Shown piece by piece: positions 56,098 through 62,612 of a DNA stretch of 62,612 nucleotides. The DNA is from Leptolyngbya sp. ES-bin-22 (GTDB lineage: Bacteria > Cyanobacteriota > Cyanobacteriia > Leptolyngbyales > Leptolyngbyaceae). Position 1 is the first letter of the stretch. Each line of letters begins with the position of its first letter. The DNA lies in NCBI GenBank assembly GCA_014380065.1, contig JACMKO010000015.1, positions 1 to 62,612 on the forward strand, in the 5' to 3' direction. Below the pieces are notes generated by a model. The model ran no database searches and had not been told where the DNA came from. It saw only the letters and a list, made by a program, of their open reading frames with translations. The translations under genes and the position numbers were made by a program.

Positions 56098-56811
56098 ATG
56101 AATCCTGAATTGAAGGACTTAACCATCGCAGCAAAAGAGCTAGAACAACTCACTGGCTTTGAGGTGAATGAGCTTTTCATTGGTGGTCTTTTAGGGGGTG
56201 CTTATCGACCGGGTCTTTTCAAAAACTCGAAGCGCTTATTTTCGTTTTGCCTCACGCAACTGTTTGTGTCGGCATTGACCATCATCTTTACGCTGCCGCT
56301 TGGTTTGGTGATGATTCGGAGTGATGCTAAGTCCATTAACGATGTGTCAACAATTTCACGGTTTTTACAGACTACGCTGGGTGTTTCGTTCATTATTGTG
56401 GTTGGCTGGAATCTTTCCGCAGGGCTAAAAAGTAAGACACTCAAACCGCTAGCGCGTCTCTTAGATGAAGTTGATAAATATAATGAGGTCGTGCAAGCTG
56501 TCAATGTGGTCGATCGCTTAGAAGCCATTGGCATACCGCCACAAACCATGAAGCAGCAGCAGGCGATCGAAGCGTTGTCGATCGCTCGAAATAGCCTTGT
56601 CTGTGGCTTAATGACTGAGAAAATATTGCGCCAGAATCGCAGCCTTTTGGCTCGACGTGCCGACCTTCTTTACAACATTGAAGCTAATCTTGTCAGCTTA
56701 AGAACACTAGAGGTAAACAATCAGGCAAGCGACTATATTGAGCTACTCAATGAAGCCTTAAACATTGGCATGAGCGTTCAGCAGGAAGTGCAGCAACTTT
56801 CTCGTCATTGA
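56098..56811 (+). CDS. Hypothetical two-TM protein with C-terminal coiled coil
   Basis: ATG 56098; two hydrophobic segments, then helical LLDEVDKYNEV...ERIL-like ALMTEKILR...ELLNEALNIG. Confidence 0.75.
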   Translation: MNPELKDLTIAAKELEQLTGFEVNELFIGGLLGGAYRPGLFKNSKRLFSFCLTQLFVSALTIIFTLPLGLVMIRSDAKSINDVSTISRFLQTTLGVSFIIVVGWNLSAGLKSKTLKPLARLLDEVDKYNEVVQAVNVVDRLEAIGIPPQTMKQQQAIEALSIARNSLVCGLMTEKILRQNRSLLARRADLLYNIEANLVSLRTLEVNNQASDYIELLNEALNIGMSVQQEVQQLSRH

Positions 56812-56842
56812 AGAAATGTTTAAACCGTTTGGATGTCTTGTA

Positions 56843-57703
56843 TCAGAGCCTAAACACAGCATCGGCAACGCAGCAAACGTCTTTTAGCTCGCGGACATCG
56901 TGCACTCGAAGTAAATCGGCACCGCCGACGATCGCGGCACAACAAGCAGCAGCCGTACCCCAAACCCGCTCTTTAGGGTCAGGTTGGTTCAAAAGATGTC
57001 CAATAAAACTTTTGCGGGATGCTCCCACTAGAAGGGGATAGCCAAGTGTGCGCAAGGCGGGCAGGCGACGCAGAATTTCTAAATTTTGGGCATACGTTTT
57101 AGCAAACCCAATGCCGGGATCGATCGCAAGGCGAGAACGATCAATGCCGCAGGCGATCGCAGCGTCAAGGCGTGTCTGCAAAAACGTGCCGATGTCGCTG
57201 ATCACATCGTCATAATCCGTAAGCTGTTGCATCGTTTGGGGCGTGCCACGCAGGTGCATTAAGATCAGCGGCACTGCCAATGCCGCAACTGTTGGCAGCA
57301 TCTTTGCATCATACGTTGCGCCAGAAATATCATTCACGATGTCCGCTCCAGCGGCGATCGCAGCATGGGCAACGGCGGCTCGCGTGGTGTCGATCGAAAT
57401 CGGTATATCGGTTTCTTGCCGCACCGCTTGAATAATGGGCAACACGCGCTCAAGTTCCTCTTCTAGCGAGATTTCAACCGCATGAGGACGAGTAGATTGT
57501 CCACCAATATCAAGGATGTCTGCGCCAGCAGCCACAAGATGACGAGCGTGGACGATCGCGGCTTCCAAATTGTTAAATAAGCCACCATCACTGAAGCTAT
57601 CGGGAGTGACGTTGAGCACGCCCATCAGGTATGTGCGCCCACCCCAATTGAAGTGATGGGTTCTAATCTTCCAGGCTGGAAGCGGCGAAATTGTCGTGGA
57701 CAT
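56843..57703 (-). CDS. folP: Dihydropteroate synthase
   Basis: MGVLNVTPDSFSDGG, DIGGQSTRP, SIDT, NDISG, DPGIGFAK, GASRKSF, RVHDV. Confidence 0.97.
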   Translation of the reverse strand: MSTTISPLPAWKIRTHHFNWGGRTYLMGVLNVTPDSFSDGGLFNNLEAAIVHARHLVAAGADILDIGGQSTRPHAVEISLEEELERVLPIIQAVRQETDIPISIDTTRAAVAHAAIAAGADIVNDISGATYDAKMLPTVAALAVPLILMHLRGTPQTMQQLTDYDDVISDIGTFLQTRLDAAIACGIDRSRLAIDPGIGFAKTYAQNLEILRRLPALRTLGYPLLVGASRKSFIGHLLNQPDPKERVWGTAAACCAAIVGGADLLRVHDVRELKDVCCVADAVFRL

Positions 57704-57979
57704 AGGAATAGAAGGTAAACGCACAAAATAAAAGCCTTCCTATGAGGAGGCTTTTGTAGTCATGGTTTGACTTTAAGACATGACTAAAGCGACCTTGAGG
57801 GCGAGCCAAAAAACTCAAACAGTTTTTTTGGTAAAGGGCAAAACTCAATCAGTACCAGCGCTTGAAAGCTTATGCGATTCCGACTGCTTTTTGCTTGAGA
57901 CCAGCTCATGCTCTCGAACTCAACTCAAATTGCTGCCAAGGAGGTAAATAGCTAATGATAGTAGCAATGCGTTTTAAAA

Positions 57980-58046
57980 TCAGAAAGGGCACCGACGACT
58001 GACCGTGTTTCGTCTCGGTGCCCTTGCTGGTTCACTCCTCACACAC
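57980..58046 (-). ncRNA. yfr2: Yfr2-family (Cyano-1) small RNA
   Basis: Minus strand reads GTGTGTGAGGAGTGAACCAGC-AAGGGCACCGA-GACGAAACACGGTCAGTCG-TCGGTGCCCTTT: a 5' GUGAGGAGUGAA tract plus a stem-loop with a GAAACACGG loop. A TATAGT -10 box (58052-58057) lies just upstream. Confidence 0.8.
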
Positions 58047-58157
58047 TCAAGACTATAGCTGAAGGTAAAAGGTTTGTCCATTACTGTTCTGATCAGAAAA
58101 ACCTATAGCAGCACTGCTGGAGATGGAAGATTTTTGATGTGCAAGCTGGTGAGACTT

Positions 58158-59075
58158 CTAGAGATCTACCGCAGGATAGAGCCCAAGTCCATCCCATAGG
58201 AGAGTGTACAGAACTCGCTGGGTTGACATTAGTAATCCTAATCGAACAAGGGTGAATACAGGCTCTTCGCTAGTCGTGCCCCGCAAGGGGTGCTCACGAT
58301 GGAAGACTTGAAAGGCTTGTGCCACTACTTGTGCCGATCGCAGCAATGATCCTTGAGTGCGGCGAGATGCATCAGATAGGTGATCACAGGCATCCAACAA
58401 CTGACTCAGCAGGCATCGATCGGCGCAATGATTGCAGCAAAGCTGATCTGCCGATGTCAGCCAAGGCATAGAGGCTGGGCTGCTAAAATACCAGTACAGG
58501 GGCGCTTCCTCAAGCCTCTCTAAGCTGATGAGCGCCTCGCGGTGGGCAAGCTGTAAAAGTGAACAACAGCGAGCATGAGCATGTTGCACCTCAAAAATTG
58601 CTGATGAGTGCAGCATGAGTTGCCGTTCTGGTTCACCCGCAGAGCTGACAGGTGTAAGCGGCAACGATTGTTTTGGCATGTTGGTAAGCAGCGAATCAAG
58701 CCATACGGCGATCGCGCGATCACCGACCTCAAAATGAATGAGACCCGCTGCGGTTGCGTGAACTGTAACCTCTTGTAGCAGCGGCTTCAGATGGCTAGGT
58801 AGATCCCGCTGTAGGATACTTACTAATTGGGCAGCGATGATGGCGGCATGATGAGGTTTTGCTGCCAGTCGATGCGCGATTGCACAGGCATACGTGAGCG
58901 ATGTCACTGTACCGACCCGCTTGATCGGTATTGCTTGAGCCGTTAAACCGAGGTTTTCTCGGTTGCTCCAACCGCTGAGAGGCTGTTTTGGCTCATTTCC
59001 CGCCTCCGACGCGCTCCAGATGTCGATCGCTTGATGCAGTCTCATTCGTACCAGTGATAGCATTGCGGCAGCCAA
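58158..59075 (-). CDS. Stand-alone DALR anticodon-binding domain protein (truncated ArgRS paralogue); start uncertain
   Basis: FEVQHAHARCCSLL (QYAHAR motif), AFQVFH, RLGLL..TQRVL..LL..GLG; N-terminal Add1-like GLIHF; no HIGH/KMSK catalytic core. Confidence 0.8.
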   Translation of the reverse strand: MAAAMLSLVRMRLHQAIDIWSASEAGNEPKQPLSGWSNRENLGLTAQAIPIKRVGTVTSLTYACAIAHRLAAKPHHAAIIAAQLVSILQRDLPSHLKPLLQEVTVHATAAGLIHFEVGDRAIAVWLDSLLTNMPKQSLPLTPVSSAGEPERQLMLHSSAIFEVQHAHARCCSLLQLAHREALISLERLEEAPLYWYFSSPASMPWLTSADQLCCNHCADRCLLSQLLDACDHLSDASRRTQGSLLRSAQVVAQAFQVFHREHPLRGTTSEEPVFTLVRLGLLMSTQRVLYTLLWDGLGLYPAVDL

Positions 59076-59355
59076 CTCAATTTATGCTAGCCTTCATCCA
59101 ACGTTGTGCCTTACGTTCAGGTATGGTTCACGCGTCTGTCATTCAAATTGGATGCCGTCCGATGTGTCATTTTGTGAAGAAGTTCCGATCGTCACGGACG
59201 ATCGCCTTGCTGCTTCAGAACTGAAGGTGGTGTTATCAGTTTAATTAATGTATTTAATGTACTTGCGAAGATCATGAAAGAGATGTGAAGGTAAACTGAT
59301 AATACTTTCGTTTCGCAGTGCCCTGACCTCGGCTTAAGGATTAGAGTCTGACGTT

Positions 59356-59385
59356 CTAGTCGCAGTGAGTCTAGTCGCAGTGAGT
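59356..59385. repeat. Perfect 15-bp tandem duplication (CTAGTCGCAGTGAGT x2)
   Basis: Read directly at 59356-59370 and 59371-59385, upstream of devH. Confidence 0.9.
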
Positions 59386-59435
59386 GCTCTTATGTTTTCC
59401 CTCCTGTCCCTAGCAAATCTTATAGCCTCAAGCCT

Positions 59436-60131
59436 ATGTACTCAGTAACATCTAATTCAGAGGCATCTCGTCCCTTTCTTACCTGGCAACGGATCATTGA
59501 TTGGTCTCAAGAACACTACCGTGTTCGCACCTTTGCTAAGGATGAAAAGTTGCCGACTAGACCAGGATTGGTCTATCTCGTTCAACGCGGTGCTGTTCGC
59601 TTAGTCGGTAGCGCTCAAGTGAACGCAACTGGCACCAGTAGCTCATCTCGCCTTCCTCGCATCAGTCCAGAAGAGGCCTTTTTAGGTTTCGTTGGGGCAG
59701 GGCAGCCCTTTGAAATTGTGGCTCAATCACCCTTTACGCTGCAAGGCTACGCACATGTTGACCAAACATCTGTTCTCTGGATGTATTGGCATGATTTAGA
59801 CAACTGGCCCCACTTCCGTCGGGAGGTGTTGGACGCGTTTCGCTATCAGCACCAGCGCAAGCTGCTTTGGCTCAGTACACTGGGACAGCGGCGGACAATC
59901 GATCGCCTGCTTGGCTTCCTGACCCTGCTGATTGAAGAATATGGCGAACCGACGGAACAAGGCTACTGTCTACCTTTTCCATTGACCCATGCTCAAATTG
60001 GTAGCGCGATCGGGTCAACCCGCGTGACGGTCACTCGGCTGATGGGCAAGCTGCGTCAACGGGGCATGATTCGCACTCAGGGAGATAACTTGCTCTGTAT
60101 TCCTACAGATTCTACGCTCACCCGGACTTAA
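59436..60131 (+). CDS. devH: CRP/FNR family transcriptional regulator, DevH orthologue
   Basis: SEASRPFLTWQRI.DW.QEHYR, EEAFLGFVGAGQPFEIVAQSPF, YQHQRKLLWLS, LTHAQIGSAIGSTRVTVTRLMGKLRQRG. Confidence 0.85.
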   Translation: MYSVTSNSEASRPFLTWQRIIDWSQEHYRVRTFAKDEKLPTRPGLVYLVQRGAVRLVGSAQVNATGTSSSSRLPRISPEEAFLGFVGAGQPFEIVAQSPFTLQGYAHVDQTSVLWMYWHDLDNWPHFRREVLDAFRYQHQRKLLWLSTLGQRRTIDRLLGFLTLLIEEYGEPTEQGYCLPFPLTHAQIGSAIGSTRVTVTRLMGKLRQRGMIRTQGDNLLCIPTDSTLTRT

Positions 60132-60143
60132 CGCGCTGGCGGT

Positions 60144-61016
60144 CTACGTTGCGCCTTCGGTGTTCATTGCGGCTAGAATCGCTTGCTGGCTGACTGACTG
60201 ATAGATGGTTTTAAGATACTCTGTCGCCGCCTGAGCCTCGGCTTGGGCGATCGCACTCTCTGAGTTGGTTTCGGCCTTAAGCGGTATAGCGCCAAGCACA
60301 TCCAGTACTGTCTCGCTGGTGGGCGGTGGTGCAATGACAACTAGCGATGACTCTAGTTGTTCTGTGTAGTGCCAGAAGCGATCGACGGCTAAAGGTGGTA
60401 AGACGACTTGCTGGCGCTCTGTAGCGTTTTGTAGAGCCGGAGTACCATCTTGAGCGTTCGTCGTGCTGCTATCCTCGTTGCCTGCGCTCCGAATTTGACG
60501 CAGAGCTTCGATAATTTGCTCTTTGGTACGACCGCGTAATTGAAACAGCACAAAGGGATCTTCGCTAAAGCGATCGCCCAATAAATAATACACAGCCCCA
60601 ATATGCTTGCAAGGATTTGCCGGATCGGGGCAGGAGCACTTACTGTGAATATCAAACTTGGTAAACGGAAAGAGGCTCAGCCCATTGGCAGTAAAGACTT
60701 CTTCGATGTTTTGTGGCATTTCTCCCGCTAAAAGTTTGGCAGAAAAAATTGCCTGCTGCGCCATCGACTCAATCACATAGCCCCACTGATCATCTCCAAA
60801 GGGATCGAGCGACAGCGAAACTTTGTAAGGCTCTGGCGCTGTTCCCTGCACTCTAGCGGCTACTTTCGATCCTTTAAAGTCAATGTTGAGCACGTTGCCT
60901 TCGCGGGCGTAGGTACGGGCACGCGCTAAGCGCCGCACCCAGCCGAAGGACTCTAACACATCAATCCAGCGCTGTGCCCACCATTCGCGGTTTGGTTGAG
61001 AGTAGGGATCGGACAT
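60144..61016 (-). CDS. SWIM zinc finger family protein (start ATG 61016)
   Basis: REWWAQRW, RLARARTYAREGNV, CSCPDPANPCKHIGAV, DPFVLFQLRGR; GGAG-free upstream extension in the ORF track overlaps the next gene and is unlikely. Confidence 0.92.
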   Translation of the reverse strand: MSDPYSQPNREWWAQRWIDVLESFGWVRRLARARTYAREGNVLNIDFKGSKVAARVQGTAPEPYKVSLSLDPFGDDQWGYVIESMAQQAIFSAKLLAGEMPQNIEEVFTANGLSLFPFTKFDIHSKCSCPDPANPCKHIGAVYYLLGDRFSEDPFVLFQLRGRTKEQIIEALRQIRSAGNEDSSTTNAQDGTPALQNATERQQVVLPPLAVDRFWHYTEQLESSLVVIAPPPTSETVLDVLGAIPLKAETNSESAIAQAEAQAATEYLKTIYQSVSQQAILAAMNTEGAT

Positions 61017-61090
61017 GGAGGTGAGGGGTAAGGGATAAAAGTTTTGAGTTTTGAGTGGCGACGCTGGAGTCTTTTGAGATGATTCAGCGG

Positions 61091-62410
61091 TCAAATGGTT
61101 GCTAAGACGGCGCGGATTGTGGCAAATAGCGGACGCAGAGAGGGCACAGGATTCATGCAGTCTTGCTGTAAACAAGCTAAGCGATCGCGGCGTTCTGTTT
61201 GAGCCTGAGGGTCGTCCAAGGCGCAGCGTTCTAACAAATCCTCCAGTAAACAGCCGAACGCTCTTACTTCCAGACATTCCAGCGATCGGGCAAGGGACGG
61301 CACACTGGATGGGTAAAAAGAGGCGGCTCCAAAATCCCCCAGCAAGCTTGCTCCCGTGTTGCTGACCAAAATATTGTGGGCATACAGATCCCCGTGCAAG
61401 ATGCCTCTAGCATGGAGGTGGGCAGCAGCAGCAGCAATGCCTTGAGCAACACGGACGACGATCGACAAGGAGAACGTGGTATCGGGGGGATAAGTATCTC
61501 TGGTGCAGGTCTCCAGGTTAGGAGGGTTGCCGAGGGTTTGGTAGGTGGGTGGCACAAAGGCGAACACAAGTCCCGCTTTTTGTTCTGGATGGTGACTCAC
61601 CCTGCCCAGCAATTTGACCAGGTGAGGATGGTTGCCAGCCGCCATGCACGATCGCATCTCATCCACCGGGAAACCATCACTGGTGACGTTCCCTTTAAAC
61701 ACTTTAATCGCAACGTCTACCGTTTGGGTCGGTTGGGTAGCCCAACGCCCTTTGTAGATCACGCCAGAGGCTCCTTCTCCTAAGACGTGCTGAATGGTTA
61801 GAGCCGCCCAATCAATCTCTGCCAGCGATGGGGACGTGGCTGACATTGACTCACACAATGGGTTGCCAGCGTATGCCAACCACGACAAACGCGGCAGCGT
61901 CAATAACCAGGGGGGTAAAGCTGTGAGTCGGTTTGCCGAGAGGCGAATCAGTTCTAAGCTCTGGCACGCCACCATTGATTCTGGGAGCGATCGCAACTGG
62001 TTTCCAGCCAACATCAGCTTTTGCAACTGGCTTAAACGCCCCAGAGAGGCAGGGACTTGCTCAAGCCGATTGTCGGTGAGGATGAGCCAGCGCACTGCGT
62101 CTGGTAGAGCATTTTCGGCGATCGTAGTCAGCTTGTTTGACTTAAAGCCAACCATAGAAAGATTTGGGCACTCTGCTAAGACGGCTGGCAAGGCTTCAAA
62201 GCTGTTGTGACTGAAGAACGCAATTCTGAGTTTCTGTAAGCAGCCAAACTCATCCGGCAAAGACGTGAGGTGGTTATGGGTGAGATCCAAAATTTCTAAC
62301 GAATCGGCAAGTGCCAAAACTTCTAAGGGAAATTGAGTCAATCCAGCCGCCAAAGCCAGCCTTTTGGCTCCCTGCAATTGTCCAGATTGTAAGGCATTGA
62401 GTGTTTCCAT
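61091..62410 (-). CDS. Leucine-rich repeat protein kinase
   Basis: LxxLDLxxNxLxxLP repeats; LGEGASG, VAIKVFKG, ILHGDLYAHN, LGDFGAA. Confidence 0.92.
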   Translation of the reverse strand: METLNALQSGQLQGAKRLALAAGLTQFPLEVLALADSLEILDLTHNHLTSLPDEFGCLQKLRIAFFSHNSFEALPAVLAECPNLSMVGFKSNKLTTIAENALPDAVRWLILTDNRLEQVPASLGRLSQLQKLMLAGNQLRSLPESMVACQSLELIRLSANRLTALPPWLLTLPRLSWLAYAGNPLCESMSATSPSLAEIDWAALTIQHVLGEGASGVIYKGRWATQPTQTVDVAIKVFKGNVTSDGFPVDEMRSCMAAGNHPHLVKLLGRVSHHPEQKAGLVFAFVPPTYQTLGNPPNLETCTRDTYPPDTTFSLSIVVRVAQGIAAAAAHLHARGILHGDLYAHNILVSNTGASLLGDFGAASFYPSSVPSLARSLECLEVRAFGCLLEDLLERCALDDPQAQTERRDRLACLQQDCMNPVPSLRPLFATIRAVLATI

Positions 62411-62612
62411 AAAGGCTAATGTAGTAGTGCCGCAGCGTCATGGTAGTGCTCTAAGCCATAGAAGCAGACTGCTAACCAGAATGTTGCGTGGCTCGTCCCA
62501 AGTGTCATGCAGCGCAGAGTATCAGTTCTGGACGCACTCCTTGTGGCAAGCAACGTGTCCGCTGTTAGGACTGTAAGCGAAGGCACAAGACTTTCAACGA
62601 GCCAATGAGCCA

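Larger units (their letters stand above)
1..62612. repeat. HIP1 octamer (GCGATCGC) dispersed throughout
   Basis: Many copies, e.g. near 317, 380, 540, 14858, 17473, 17490 and 52094; a hallmark of many cyanobacterial chromosomes. Confidence 0.9.

Noticed and set aside
58034-58044. Yfr1 sRNA on the + strand (ACTCCTCACAC)
   Set aside because: No terminator hairpin follows on +, while the minus strand has a well-placed -10 box and the Yfr2 loop motif; called Yfr2 instead.
59249-59305. NtcA-like sites upstream of devH
   Set aside because: Spacers are N7 and N9, not N8.
61017-61277. N-terminal extension of the SWIM ORF in the ORF track
   Set aside because: It overlaps the LRR-kinase 3' end; family similarity begins only after ATG 61016.

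Overview
Chromosomal window from a cyanobacterium, probably a filamentous Leptolyngbyaceae/Oscillatoriales type. This is inferred from very frequent HIP1 octamers (GCGATCGC), the gltA-ndhAIGE-NAD kinase cluster, devH, a CpcS/CpeS-type lyase and a Uma2 nuclease. Most genes are housekeeping: PBP1A, tyrS, LIV-type ABC genes, rnd, 1-Cys peroxiredoxin, cysK, nnr, gltA, ndhAIGE, nadK, iaaA, trmJ, obgE, folP. The elements most worth following up are: (1) a two-gene module pairing a stand-alone TRPM-like SLOG domain with a double-SLATT/DUF4231 four-TM membrane protein (36261-38378), a candidate nucleotide-gated pore or defence system; (2) an NtcA site overlapping a -10 box, followed by a glutamine (glnA) riboswitch and a multi-DUF4278 protein with a PirA-like C-terminus (32662-33222); (3) a PPIase, a cNMP-like/C39-like ABC exporter and a 2737-aa PPC/FG-GAP/cadherin-like surface protein, with no HlyD gene in the locus (19056-31279); (4) five 98-143 bp MITE-like elements with TAA or TA target duplications, each carrying a GTAG-type REP hairpin, one pair showing a flipped hairpin loop; (5) a Yfr2-like sRNA and a 50-aa DUF2256 gene, neither in the ORF track. 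No rRNA, tRNA, CRISPR array or transposase was seen. All family assignments are motif recognition by eye, not database searches.
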